DNA of 63,127 nt, filler included, from Reclinomonas americana ATCC 50394 (Eukaryota): NCBI GenBank assembly GCA_048213135.1. It is 16 parts of 16 records of this genome, joined end to end, with 100 filler letters (N's around TTAATTAATTAA, not from the genome) between each part and the next. Parts side by side here need not be neighbours in the genome. Positions count along the whole stretch, not along the records: positions 3,710 to 12,183 come from AFZH01021599.1; positions 12,284 to 14,348 come from AFZH01021601.1; positions 14,449 to 16,542 come from AFZH01021603.1; positions 16,643 to 19,780 come from AFZH01021604.1; positions 19,881 to 21,847 come from AFZH01021605.1; positions 21,948 to 23,440 come from AFZH01021606.1; positions 23,541 to 25,780 come from AFZH01021607.1; 9 more parts are not named here. One strand, given 5' to 3'. The notes under the pieces are model-generated. The model saw only the letters and a list, made by a program, of their open reading frames with translations. It did not search any database and was not told the DNA's origin. Shown here one piece after another: positions 11,001 to 24,050 of this stretch; the first letter of the stretch is position 1; each line of letters begins with the position of its first letter. The translations under genes were made by a program, and so were the position numbers.

Positions 11001-14000
11001 CCGCACCGTCACGGAGAGACTGGTTGCCGATGAATGTGCAATCGGTAACGTTGAATGTGCCCTGAGAGCGAAAAAATGAAAGGTGAGTGCGTGGATTGGT
11101 GAAGGGTGAAGCAAATGCGGCGCAACTGTTAATGTTGACGGTGCAACCAGCAACGCCGCTCCACCGCCGTTGAAGCCGCCAAAGGAGGCACCGATAGTGC
11201 TGTTGAAGCCACCAGCTCCGTTGTGCGACGATGTGTTGTTGAGAAATAGCGACTTGCTGAGCGTCTGCAAAGTGGGGGTGAGAGACTCTACAAAGGAGGA
11301 TGCACTCGATGACAAGTGAGCGAACCAGGAGGGACGCAGAGTTTGGGGCGGAGAAGACCAGCAGAGCGCCCCCACCAGAGAATGTTGAAAGGCTGCTTCC
11401 CGATGAAGTGTTCCCGCTGCCTCCGTTGCCTATGTCAAAGATGAGCAGGAGTGGTGTGAACAGAGAGAATCTTGTGCTTGCATATGATAGTGAGGATCAC
11501 CATTGCTACCAGCGGAGTTGTTGAAGAAGGTACAACCGGAGATCTTTTTCGGCAGCACGATGCGGCAAAGTGAGTGACACTCTAAGCCATGAAGAGAAGA
11601 TGACAAACAGAACCTCGAGAGCGCCAGGCAGAGCAACCAGGACGGCACCACCGCCATTGGCTGAGCCGGTGGCATCGCCGCGGTTGGTATTGCTGCCTCC
11701 AACAGCATTTCCTGAAGCGACGTTGGAGAGGAATGTACAGCCTTGTAAGGTCACCTGCTCAAGTGTGATGGTGAGATGAGGCTCTTATGTAGATTGACGG
11801 TGAAGCGGGAAACCTTGTTCGTGTTGCTGGTAAGCGAGAGCAGAAGTGCGCCACCGCCGTTCTGCGAACTCGAAGCATTGCTCACGATTGCACTCTGGCC
11901 TCCGTTTCCATTCCCATCGCCCGCGTTGCTATCGAATCGACAATCCTCAATCGTCTGTTTGTGGGATGGTGTAAGAAACACAAACAGGAGGATGAGAGCA
12001 AGCAGCTGGGTACGAACCAGGGTCGATGTCGATTCAGAGTGAAACGATGCGAGAATCGCACCACCTCCATTCACGCTGCTTGATGCGTTGGCTGAACCTG
12101 CATGGGGAGGGGGAGGGGGGAGGGTGAGGGAGAGAGGGAAAGAGGGAAGGAGGGGAAGGAGGGGGAAGGAGGGGAAGGAGGGANNNNNNNNNNNNNNNNN
12201 NNNNNNNNNNNNNNNNNNNNNNNNNNNTTAATTAATTAANNNNNNNNNNNNNNNNNNNNNNNNNNNNNNNNNNNNNNNNNNNNGAGACAGAGAGAGGGAG
12301 TGCACACCTGGATTGCAGATCCATTGGTGATCAGCATGACACCACCTCCGCTGAAGCTGCTGTTGCTATCAGCACTCCCGCTGCCGCTGTTTGCTGCAAG
12401 CATAGAGGACGCATCGACCAATGAACCTCACATGCCGCCACAGTCGGACAGCGTCACATGAGCATCGAACCTGTGCCACCGATGCCATTGCCGTTGGCAG
12501 CGTTGAATGTAAAATTACAGTTGCTGACGGTCTGCATCAACACCTGCAATACCAGAAGAGATTTCAAGGTCAATGCTTCGGATGAGAACGAGAAAGAGAA
12601 TGAGGAACAGGGGACGGCAATCGTGAGAGGGTGGAGAAAGGGACGAGACAGTGGGCGCGAAGAGTGAGTCAGAGTGAGAGGGAGAGAATGATGAGGGAAG
12701 AGTGAGAGCGAATGAGAGAGTGAGCGGGCGAAGAAAGGGAAGAGACAGCGAGCGCGAAAAGAGCAGTCAGCGAGAGTGAGAGAAAAAAAGAGAGAAGGGA
12801 AGAGAGAGCGTGGAGAAACGGGAGAGACAGCGAGCGCGCAAGGGTGAGAGAAAGTGAAGAGTGAGCGAGGCAGAAAGAGTGAGTGAGCCTGTGAGAGGCC
12901 GAGAGGGCGGAGAAACGGGAGAGACAGCGAGCGCGCAAGGGTGAGCGGGAGAGGAAGAGTATGGTAGCTATAGAGGAGGGAAGAGTGAGTGAGCCTGTGA
13001 GAAAGCGAGAGGGCAGATAAACGGAGAGACAGCGAGCGCGCAAGGGTGAGCGGGAGAGAAAGAGTATGGAAGAGGAGGGAAGAGCGAGAGGGCGCAGAGA
13101 GACAGAGCGAGAGGGCGCAGAGAGACAGAGCGAGAGTATGTGAACCAGTGAGCACTTAAGGCGAGAGAAGAAAAAGAGCACGGGGGACGAGGGGAAAGTG
13201 GGCGAGAAAGTGACAGAACGCGGAAGTGAGTGAGAGGATGGGAACAGCTAGACAGACCGAGTGTGCAAATGAATGCGAGAGCGCGAAGGAGAGACAGGGA
13301 GAGAGATGAGGGAAGAGTCAATGGGCCAGCGAGAGAGTGTGCAAGTTCGTTCGTGTGAGTGCGTAAATTAAGTGAGTCGGTGAGAGTGCACAGAGTCGCG
13401 AACACACACCTGGCTTGCAGAGGTCCCAGCGCTGAGCAGCAAGACACCGCCACCATTATATCGGCTGCTGCTTACCGCACTCCCGCTACCGTATCCTGCA
13501 CACATCGGCAAAGTCAGCCGATCAGCTAGAAATGTGTAAACACATCAAGTGCCACAATAGAGCACTCACCCGTTCCACCATTCCCGTTGTTGCTTGCGGT
13601 ATTGAATGAAAAGGAGCAGGCGTTGATGGTCTGTAACAACATCCACAAGAAAGAACAAGAAAGAGGTCTCCGTCAATGCCATCACCAGTCACAAATGCGC
13701 GCAGTGAAAGAGACTAGAGAGCAACTAATCTGCTCTCATTTCCAGCTTCTGCGTGCTAATCTGCCAATATATAATGTGATGGAGGCATGGCATCACCATT
13801 CACAGCGCGCACAAAGTGAGAGTGACAAGAAAGCAAACAATCTGTACTCATTCCCAGCTACTACGTGCTATCTGCCATCAGATAATATGACGGAGGGATG
13901 CCATCACCATTCACAGCGCGCACATTGTGAAAGTGACAAGACAACAAACAATCAATACCCATTCCCAGCTTCTGCATGGTGACGACGTACCTGGCTTACA

Positions 14001-17000
14001 TCTGCAGTTGTACCGGCAAAGACCAGCATGACACCACCGCCGTTCATGTCTCCCTTGCTACCAACACTCCCGCTGCCGTTTGCTGCAAGGGACGGGAAGA
14101 CGGGACAGTAGGTGAGGGAAGAAGACCGTCGGGAGCGACTTGCATCACTTACCTGTGCCACCACCGTTTCCGTTGTTATTAGCCGTGTTGAGTGTTATTA
14201 TGCAGTTGCTGATGGTCTACAACAGTAACGACAAAATATGAGAGAGGCCTCCGCAACAACAATTGCCACATGTAAGACAGGCGGAGAGAGAGAGAGAGAG
14301 AGTGAGACACAGAGAGTGAGAGACTGAGTGTGAGAGAGGCAGAGAGGGNNNNNNNNNNNNNNNNNNNNNNNNNNNNNNNNNNNNNNNNNNNNTTAATTAA
14401 TTAANNNNNNNNNNNNNNNNNNNNNNNNNNNNNNNNNNNNNNNNNNNNGAAAGGGAGAAAAGGTGAAAGGGAAAAAAGGTGAAAGGGAGAGAAAGAGAGA
14501 AAGGGGGAGAAAGGGAGAAAAAAGGTGAAAGGGAGAAAGGGAAAGAAAGGGAGGGGGAAAGGGGAGAAAGGGGGAGAAAGGGGGGAAAAGGAGGGAGAAA
14601 CGAAGAGATACTGGAGACACGGGAGACGGGGAGAGAGCGAAAAAGAGATATCGGAAGAGAAAGAGGCACAAAGAGAAGGCTCGACGGGAAGAGAGAGAAC
14701 GAGACAGAGAACGAGACAGAGAACGAGACGAAGAGAACGAGACCGACGAGAACGAGACCGAAAAGAACGAACCGAAGAGAACGAGACCGAAAAGAACGAG
14801 ACCGAAGAGAACGAGAACGAGAGAGATCGACAGAGAAAGAGAGGAAGAGTTACGGAGAGAAAGAGAATGAGAGGGATTGGGGAAGCGGAGAGAGAAATGC
14901 GGAGAAAGACAGAATGGGGGAGAAGAGAAAATTAGAGAGAGAACGAGGAAAGAGAGAGAGAGAGTCCTGGATGTAAACAATCTCAAAGCCAGTTCCAACT
15001 CATCACATACCTGACTTGTAGAACCACCGGCGTAGATCATCATGACACCGCCTCCGTTGTAGTTGCTGTTGCTATCCGCACTTCCGCTTCCGTAAACTGC
15101 AGCACAGAGCACAAATCAACAGATTCAGCCACACACGAACAAACAACATCAAATCTCAACAACAGGCGCACAGGAGAATGGAAGCGAGAGAGACTGAGAG
15201 ACGGAGGGACAGAGAGATATAGAGACAGAAACAGAGAGAGACAGAGGAACAGAGAGACACAGGGGCAGAGACACAGTGATTCAAAGGCAGAGGGACAAAG
15301 TAACAGAGGGACAGAGACAGAGTGAGAAAGACAGAGAAATAAAGGCAGAGAGAAGAGAGACAGAGGGACAGAGGGACCGAGACAGAGAGAAACAGGGAAA
15401 GAGAGAGAGAGAGAGTGAGTGTGTGTCATGTGTTGCAAAGGGAGAAAACCCGTTTGAGTTTGTGCGTCAGTTGCAAAGGGAGAGAGAATGTTTCTTGCGT
15501 GTCAAGTGCGGATGCATTTCGTACCTGTGCTACCACCAATCCCATTGTGGTTTGCAGCATTCGATGTAAAGGTACAGTTGCTGACGGTCTGTGACAGGAG
15601 TCAAAAACCAGAGAGACGCTTGTCAGCACAGTCACTCCGCTACTTCCGCGCTTTCGAAAAAAACATGTCACTCGGGGAGATAACACACCTGGGTTGCAAT
15701 GGTTCCGGCGTAGATCAGCATAATACCACCACCACTCAAGTCTCGCTTGCTTGCCGCACTTCCGCTGCCGGTTGCTGCGAGTGCAAGGCATTTGCAATGA
15801 AAATCAGCACCCACACACATATGCAGTTGTCACTCGCTCAACTGCACCCAAACAACCTACACGCCAACGATTTGCACTCACCTGTGCCACCATTCCCGTT
15901 GCTGCTGGCAGTGTTTGATGTGAATGTGCAGTTGCTGATGGATTGGGTGACCTGCGAGAGTATTCCTTTAGCAACGCCACAGCGACCATCTCGCACCGGC
16001 TCACAAGACCTGATTTGTACCAGCAAACAACAAGACTCCGCCGCCGGCGAGAGAGGAGGAGGAGGACGAGTCGGAAGAGACTGAATTCCCCGCGCCTCCA
16101 TTTGCATTGAAATCCGCATGATTGAACATGAATGACGATCCAGCGATCTGCGAATCGCGGCTCAGCACCATCTGACGTTGGATTGATCTTCCAACCCATC
16201 GCTCACCGTCTGCGTGGCTGAGCCTGCTTCTGCAACGTACGACCAGATCGCGCCTCCGCCAACTTGCGAGCCGATGGCGTCTCCAGATCCTTGGTTGTTG
16301 TTTCCGCCGTTTGCATTCGCCGATGCGGTGTTGTTGAGGAACAGGCTGCTGGTGATCTATTCACAGTCAAGGTTGGAGGGGGAGGGGGAAAGAGGGGAAG
16401 GAGGGGGAAAGAGGGGAAGCAGGGGGAAGGAGGGCGAAGGAGGGGGAAAGAGGGAAGAGAGGGAAAAGAGGGAAGAGAAGAAAGAGAGGGAAGAGAGGGA
16501 AAAGAGGGGAAGAGAGGGGAAGAGGAGGGGGAAGAGATGGGGNNNNNNNNNNNNNNNNNNNNNNNNNNNNNNNNNNNNNNNNNNNNTTAATTAATTAANN
16601 NNNNNNNNNNNNNNNNNNNNNNNNNNNNNNNNNNNNNNNNNNAAGAGGGAAAGAGGGAAAGAGGGAAAGAGGGAGAGGAGGGGAAGAGCGGAGGAAGAGT
16701 GGGGAAGAGCGGAGGAAGAGTGGGGAAAAGTGGGGAACAAGAATGGAGAGGAGTGGGGAAACAGGAGAGGAAAAGTGGGCGAAGAGTGTTGGGGAAGAGT
16801 GGGTGAAGAGTGGGTGAAGAGGTGGGGAAAGAGGTGGTAAACGGGGAAATAGACATGGGAAGAGAGTGAAGAAGAGAGGTCGAAGAGCGGGCGACGAGTG
16901 GGCAAAGAGTGGACGAAGTCTAGAGAGGAAAGAAGACGAAGGCGACCAAAAGGAGAAGAGAAAGAGAGTGGAGCACGAGGAGAGATAGGAACGGAGGAAG

Positions 17001-19392
17001 AGTCGGGAAGAGTGACTGGCAAGACCCTATGATATCCATCTCACCTCCATAGTAGCAGCTCCATTCGCCCACACCACGCCACCACCACAGTCGCTCCCCG
17101 AGTTTCCATTGTTCGGCAAGTTGCTGCCTCCGTTGCAGTTGCCCGATGCGCGATTCCCAGTCGCCGAAGTATTCTGCGAGTTGTGTGATCAGCTTCAAGA
17201 ATCTCAACAATCTCGCCTCATCAGCACGAACCCTCATTGTAACAGACGTGGGCGAGGCCGATGACACAAAGAAAGCCCACACAGCTCCACCGCCGGCCTG
17301 CTGACCGCCAGTGGCACTTGTGATGGAACATTGATTCGAAGGACATGTCATACCGTTGGCACTGCTGGCTACTGCGTTGCCCGCAAAGGAGGTGCCTTGG
17401 AAGCCGACATGCAGGGCATTCATGAGAAAGAGGCCACCGCCTCCCACGTTCGTGAAACCGTTGGCGGCCTTCGTGTCACCGTTTCCACATTGGAACACCG
17501 TGTTGTTCGCCCACACGCCACCCACATCGGACAAAGTGGCCGACGTTGGGTCGGTCACATACACAGCACCGCCACCAACGTTGCCGCTGGCGAGGTTCAT
17601 CGCCGTGTTGTTCACGAAATGGGTGCCGACCGTGTTGACGATCACCCCACCCGTTCCTTGCACAAACACGGCACCGCCGCCCGCATTGCCAGACGACGTT
17701 GCCGTGCTGCCTGACCCGACGACCGAGTTGCTGGAGAACACGCTGTCTTGCAAGGAAACCGTGGCACCAGCGGCGAGGTTGACTAGCGACATGGCGGCTC
17801 CAGAGGCATCGTCTCCGACCTTGGTGCAAGCGTGCCACGTCGAGCCTGTGACTTGAACGACGGAGAAGGGACCGGAGGCGAGCACGACAGAGGCCAACGT
17901 GCCGCGTGCAGCAGCGCGATGGTCCACAAACTGCGTGTTGGTGATGGTGAGGGAGGCGGTGGAGGTGGCGGGTAGGGCAGTGGCATCCAGCTGGAGGGCG
18001 CCCGCCGTGGAGCCCGTGAACGAGCAGTTGGAGACGACGACTTGCGGAGACATGGTGGTGGCCAGGGCGCTCCACGAGACCGCTGGCTGACCGCCCGTCA
18101 CAGTGAGGCCAGTCATCTCGAAGCGTGGTGCGTCCTGGACGAGGATGGGAAATGCTGATGCTTGCAAGATGGGCGATGACGAGGGTGAAGAGGATTGGAG
18201 AGTGATGTTGCGACCTGCAAAGGTGGTGTTAGATAATTTGTTCGGGGAGGGGGTGAGAGAGAAAAATAGTGGGAGAGAAAGGAATAAAGAGAAGGGAAGG
18301 GTGGAGGGACTGGGAAGGAGATAGAAAAGAAGAGGGAGAGCAGCAAGACAGAAAGAGAGGGAATAAAAACGGGAGGGAAAGGAAGATTGTGGCCAACCAG
18401 TCCTTTTATCTCTATGCTCTTGTAGTGTGACTCTATAAGCTGCTTCTCTGCCTCGTTGCCCTTGCTCTGTTGCTTGACCCGTCATCCGGTCAACGGCAAC
18501 GATGAAAGTGGAATGGGGAACAAATGTTCCAACAGTGGTCGAAAGTGAGAGAGACACAAAATCAAAGGAGGCGGCATCAACCAACAAGCTTTTCGTGCAT
18601 GCCTTTCAGAAGTGCATTTGATCGTGGTGGTCTCTCAGCATATTAGTGTGTGCGCGCGTCTTTCTCACTCTCTTTCTGAGGACCTCTTGGTTGCTTGTCA
18701 CTCTGCTGTCACGTTTCGAGCGCGCTCTTCCTCTCTCTCTGTTTTGTGTGGGACTGTGTGAGAGAGAGAATGGGCGGAGAGCGATAGCTATAGGCGTCAA
18801 ACATACACACACAGAGAGAGAAAGAGCGAGAGAGTGAACGAGCAATTGTAGGAGAAAGAGCGCGCTCGAAAACGAGACAGCAGATTGACACGACAACGAG
18901 ATAAACAGAAAAAAGGGAGAATGGCGTGCATACGCAATAATACACACATACAACCACGCACAGATACAGAAAGAGAAAAAAGGAGACCGAGAGAGAGAGA
19001 GAGAGACAGACCGAGAGAGAGAAACAGACCCCGAGAGAGAGAGAGAGAGAGACAGACCGAGAGAGACAGAGAGAGACAGAACGAGAGAGACAGAGAGAGA
19101 CAGACCGAGAGAGACAGACCGAGAGAGACAGACCGAGAGAGAGAGAGAGACCGAAAAGGAGAGAGCGAGAAAAAGAGAGACAGGGGTGCTTGCATCTGGG
19201 GACACTCACCATTGAGGGAGAGAGGCTCAGTCAAAACAAACGTGTCCGCGGAGAACAGCACTTGCAGAGCCCAGTCGGATGCCGTAGCTGGGTATCCACG
19301 CTGAGTACACGATGCAGTGACCTGGCCGAGGGCGCAGGGGATGGCGAGGTCGCCACATGGGGTGGTGGGGGAGCCGGTGGCGGAGACATTAA
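5002..19392 (-). CDS. Large multi-exon surface receptor: Pmp-like (GGA[ILV]/FxxN) parallel beta-helix repeats, Ig-like segment, Cys-rich (ephrin-receptor-like) region, C-terminal multi-pass TM domain; N-terminus missing in gap
   Basis: Exons at ~19208-19392, ~17235-18215 and ~9100-11060 are full of GGG(A/V)(L/V/I) and FxxN motifs. 7690-8340 reads CPAGYSYTDIGCQQCPPGQY...CPTNADC...CPYDYC...SPLCGAC. 6540-7290 and 5285-5710 give hydrophobic helices with FGVLYDHFRPPVVWYQ|GYQLCRRL. Last exon EIEMQLGG...GAA* ends at 5002. The gene spans three gaps in consistent exon order. Confidence 0.8.
5985..6480. repeat. Intronic degenerate tandem repeat (~95-100-bp unit, ~5 copies)
   Basis: Recurrent aaacaatcaagcatcagtgcgcccgtgtg...ctcagcgacctgtgccataa...gtgcagcagagaagc. 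Confidence 0.8.
8563..8875. repeat. Intronic tandem repeat (~80-bp unit, ~4 copies)
   Basis: Recurrent gctacagagaagc(a/g)agttag..agcaaaggtaacaaataagcacaatgaaaga..gagtaggagaca. Confidence 0.8.
13677..13975. repeat. Intronic tandem repeat (~110-bp unit, ~3 copies)
   Basis: gccatcacca(g/t)tcaca..gcgcgca...gtga..gtgacaaga....aacaatc...cattcccagct occurs near 13678, 13790 and 13900. Confidence 0.75.
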
Positions 19393-19685
19393 CTGGGGGA
19401 AGGGAAGTGTTGAGACAAGAGGCAGCAGATAGGGGAAGGAGGTAGGGAAGGAGGGGAGGAGAGAAGGAGGGAAGGAAGAAGGAGGGAAGGAGGGAGTGGA
19501 AGGAGAGAGAGAAGGAGAGAGAAAGAGACACAGAGTGTGTGACAGTGAGACACAGAACAGAGAGACAGAGCAGAGAGACAGAGCAGAGATCAGAGAGAGA
19601 CGCACAGAAAGATCGGCAAAGTAAGCTGTGAGAGCGACAAGTCAGTCATAAAGAGACAGTGTAGAGAGAGAAAGAAAAAAGAAAG

Positions 19686-19730
<45 letters not shown>

Positions 19731-19880
19731 TAGAGAGAGAGAGAGAGAGCGAGAGAGACCGAGCAGGGCGACAGAGCAGANNNNNNNNNNNNNNNNNNNN
19801 NNNNNNNNNNNNNNNNNNNNNNNNTTAATTAATTAANNNNNNNNNNNNNNNNNNNNNNNNNNNNNNNNNNNNNNNNNNNN

Positions 19881-21562
19881 AGTGTGAGGACGTCCATTTC
19901 GATGCCTGTAGTACGATGGAGCATGTTAGGTGAATGGTGACGGATACACAGAGAGAGAGAGAGGGAGACCAAAGGGAAATGCAAGGAGAGAATACAAACA
20001 GATGGACAATAAGAGAGAGATCTTGAGAAAGAGAAAAGACACAGAGAAATGAGACAGAAAAACAGAGAAAAGAGACAGAAAAACAGAGAAAAGAGACAGA
20101 GAAAAGAGACAGAGAGAGAGAGAGAAGAGAGCAGACGGACAGACAGACACAGCGCGAAGCATGACAGACAAGCAGAGCATGTCGACAGTTAAACAAAGAA
20201 TTCACAGGCAAACAAGAAGAAAGACAGATGTGCAGAGAGAAAGTGGAAACGTGGAGACGTACGAGGAATACAGCAAGTAAAATCATGGAGAGAATACAAG
20301 CAGACAGACATTGAGAGGGAGAGACAGAGAGAGAGAGAGAGAGGCGGAGAGACAGAAATCATAGCATGACGTGCACCAACAGGTACGAAAGAACGCGTCC
20401 ACACAAACAGACAAGAAAAAAAGGCAGATGGTGGAGAAAAAGCGAGAAAGAAAAGTCAACGAAAACGACGTAGAGACAGCAAGCAGGCAGACAGAAAGAC
20501 AGACAGTGAGAGAGAGAGAGAGGCAAACAGAGAGGCAATAAAATGAGATGACGGCAGTCGAAGAGAATGAGGAATGCAGAGGGAGAGATACAAACACTCT
20601 CCTTCTCTCCCTCTCTCTCCCTCTTATCACTCTCTCTCTCTCTCTCCCTCCTCACTCCTCTCTTCCTCTCCGTCGTGTAACTCACCAGCAGTTGCACACT
20701 CGGTTGCCATCAGCGCCTGATCGATCGACGCAACCTTTGCTCCACGCCGCCGTCGCCAGCAATCTCTGAGCTTGAGCCACACCTTCTTGATCACCTTGAA
20801 AACCGTCCAGGCAATCGGCAGCGCCAGGATGCAAATCACAATAATGAGGAGCACAATGCAGATGATGACTTTGAATTGGTTCGACGCCTGCGACGCAAAG
20901 ATGGTGGAGATGACCACCAGGCCCAGCAGGCTGATGGTCTGCACACACCGCAAGAGAGAGAGGCATGAGTATCAAGAGGGCACATGTGCCTTGATATAAC
21001 AACCGACTCCATCAACGCAACTTCCATAATGTTCTCCACACGATGGTGGTACGGCATGACAGAGATTTGCACCGCCAGGAACCCGATGCACACCACCCAC
21101 AGCGCCAGCGGCAGCACATCAAGTGCGCCAATGGCAGCCATGGGGAACAGAACCGCCAGCAGCACGAGACGACGACTCAGTTGATAGCCTAAAACGCGAA
21201 CAGCAGTGAGTGTGTGAGAAGGGAATGCAGAGACGGGAGAGCAGGACAGAAGAATCAAAGGAGCAAGGGAAGCGACCAAAGATGCAGCGATCAACTGCGC
21301 ACAACAACCATGCACTGAGACGCAACCAAGGAACCACACCACCGGCTTGCGATATGCGTCATACAACACGCCAAAGATGCTCATCACCTGTACAACAATG
21401 CAATCAGCAACTGCGCACACGATAGACAGGCAGAGTGACGCAACCTTCTCGTCCTCCAGTCGATCCTGCCGACGCAGACGCATGACCCAGATCACCAGCA
21501 ATATCGGCGTCACCAGCACCACGAGTGCAACAATCGCAAACAGCGGAGAGACTCGATTCCAT
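19881..21562 (-). CDS. 3' multi-TM portion of a tandem paralog of the 5002-19392 receptor (both ends run into gaps)
   Basis: WNRVSPLFAIV...RLRRQDRLEDEK|VMSIFGVLYDAYRKPVVWFL|GYQLSRRLVLLAVLFPMAAIGALDVLPLALWVVC...|TISLLGLVVISTIFASQASNQFKV...|GIEMDVLT aligns with the downstream gene, and intron positions are the same. Confidence 0.85.
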
Positions 21563-23378
21563 CTGCAAGCACCACAAAAAATGGTCAGACAAACGAGAGA
21601 GACAAAGGCACTTTAAAAACGCCTCTCCCAGTCCCCCATTCCTTCTCGGCATCATTCTCCAGTGTTTTGAGCTCGCTCAGCTTCACACTACTTCCTTCAC
21701 TCGCCCACTTCTCTCACTCTCTCCCATGTACTCCGTTGCCTCACAGCCTGCGCTCTGCCTCTCTCACGCTCTCTTCTCTCTCTCTTTCTTCTCCTCTCTC
21801 TCTCCTTTGCTCTCTCTCTCGCTCTCACTCTCTCACGTGTCTCCCTGNNNNNNNNNNNNNNNNNNNNNNNNNNNNNNNNNNNNNNNNNNNNTTAATTAAT
21901 TAANNNNNNNNNNNNNNNNNNNNNNNNNNNNNNNNNNNNNNNNNNNNTCCCCTTTCCCCTTCTCCCCTTCTCCCTTCTCCCTTCTCCCTTCTCCCCTTCT
22001 CCCCTTCTCCCCTTCTCCCTTCTCCCCTTCTCCCCTTCTCCCTTCTCCCCTTCTCCCCTTCTCCCCCTTCTCCCCCTTCTCCCCCTTCTCCCCCTTCTCC
22101 CCCTTCTCCTATTCTCCGTTCCCCTGATTGTCGGTGAATGAAGTTGAAGTTGTTTCGCAATCAATCGGCATTTAATGTCCAGCCATGTCCAGCTGTGATT
22201 ATCTTGCGTACGGAGGAAGTGTGTGCACAAGCCCCCCACGTACATGCATATGCCTCCTTCAGCGTCGCTTGCCTGGATTCCTTTGACCTGTCCTGTCCCG
22301 TTTGTTCACGCTCACACGTGCTGCGCGCGCGCTCGCTGGCACATAGCACGCAACCTGCAACACGCACCTGGTGCATTCTCCTGCTACATTGCTGCTCTTT
22401 GTGCACCAGCGAGCGTGCGTGCGCGTGCGCGTGCGTGTGTGTGCGTGTTTTTTTGTGTGTTGTGTTAACGTTGAGACACTCGGCGACTGCCATATGCGCA
22501 CTCTCTCTCTCCGTGCGCGCGCACGGTCTTGTTTGTCTTGCACGTCCTTCTCTACACGCTGCGTCAGTTCTTCTCATCGTCAGTGTCGCAGCAGCGCGCG
22601 CGGAAATGCATTACGCCACATGCATGTCGACCAAAGTTGGCGATTGATCGGCCTCGTTTGCGCCTTTGGGATCAGGTGTGTGAGGGGGCGGTGACGCTGT
22701 GAGCTCTCCCTGATTCCCCTCTTTGTGTGACTGTTTCTCCTTTTCCCCTCTCGCTCCTTTCTCTCGCTAATCTCGCTCTTCTTCTGACGATACATTTCTC
22801 CGCCTCTCTCTCTCTCTCCCCGCTTCCTCCGCCGCTCTCCGACGCTGTGTCTCATTCTGTCTGTTTGTGTGCATATATATATATATGTGCGTGTGCTTGT
22901 GCTTTAGTCTCTCTTACTTTGCGTCCCCCGTATTCTGTCTCTCGTCTAATTCCCTCGCCAGGACACATACATATTTCGCTGATTGCAGGCAAGATGCTCT
23001 TTTACGGTCGCATGCGCCGGCTGCGCGTAACCGCGGTGTGTGGCACAAGCTTGTTTCTCTCATGATCAGTGCCAGCTGCAGAAGCAGTGTGAGTAATCTC
23101 CGATGGATAGTGCATTGTAGTGCGACTGTGTGGTTGTGAGTCTCAGACATCGTTCTTTGGCGCAGCGTTGCGACATCTACGGCTCTCAACTCACGGCGAC
23201 TCACGCTTGCGTTCTTCGAGACTTGTCGTGTGCCCTTTTATTGGTTGGTGCTATGCGGTTTCGTGACTCTCTTTCTTCTCGCTTTCACTCCATCTCCCCT
23301 CTCCCTCCCTCTTCCTTTAACCCCCATCTCCCTTCTTCTCTCTCCCTCTCCCTTTACCTCCATCTCCCTTCCTCCCTC

Positions 23379-23440
<62 letters not shown>

Positions 23441-23540
23441 NNNNNNNNNNNNNNNNNNNNNNNNNNNNNNNNNNNNNNNNNNNNTTAATTAATTAANNNN
23501 NNNNNNNNNNNNNNNNNNNNNNNNNNNNNNNNNNNNNNNN

Positions 23541-24016
23541 ATCAACTGCGGCGTCTCTGTGTTTCACGGTGGGCATGCATGCACTCTGAGAGCGGCCCAG
23601 TGAGCACGTTTTTCGGTGGAAGCAGTGATGGACGGCAGTGCGACCTCAGGCAGCACGCTGAATGGTCGGCAGGGCGACTACACCACCAATCAACTCTTTC
23701 ACTCTTGATGTGACAATCAGAGCAGCAGTGCATGCGACGGTTTTCCTGGCTCGTTGCTCCCAGTGTGATCGATCAGCGGCGACACCGGAGAGTTGCTCGG
23801 CGACTACATTACGACTGGCATGACACGACCGACTGGTAACGGCTCGGCTGGGGAACACACCAACGATGGCGTCAGTGCAACAGTGGTGGTTTTTTTCCTT
23901 CCACTTCACGGTGGTTTCCATTGAGCGAGCGCCTGCGATACTGCTGGATTGACGGCGATGACAGGCGGCCTTGGTCTCTGGCCACAGCGTGGTGACTGCC
24001 TGCTGAAGAGGCGATC

Positions 24017-24050
<34 letters not shown>

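Noticed and set aside
12454..22245. Leu/Ser/Phe-rich or Arg/Glu/Gly-rich ORFs
   Set aside because: Translations of intronic CT/GA microsatellites.
22500..23100. Possible plus-strand exons in segment 21948-23440
   Set aside because: Splice-like sites exist but I found no coherent frame or recognisable protein.
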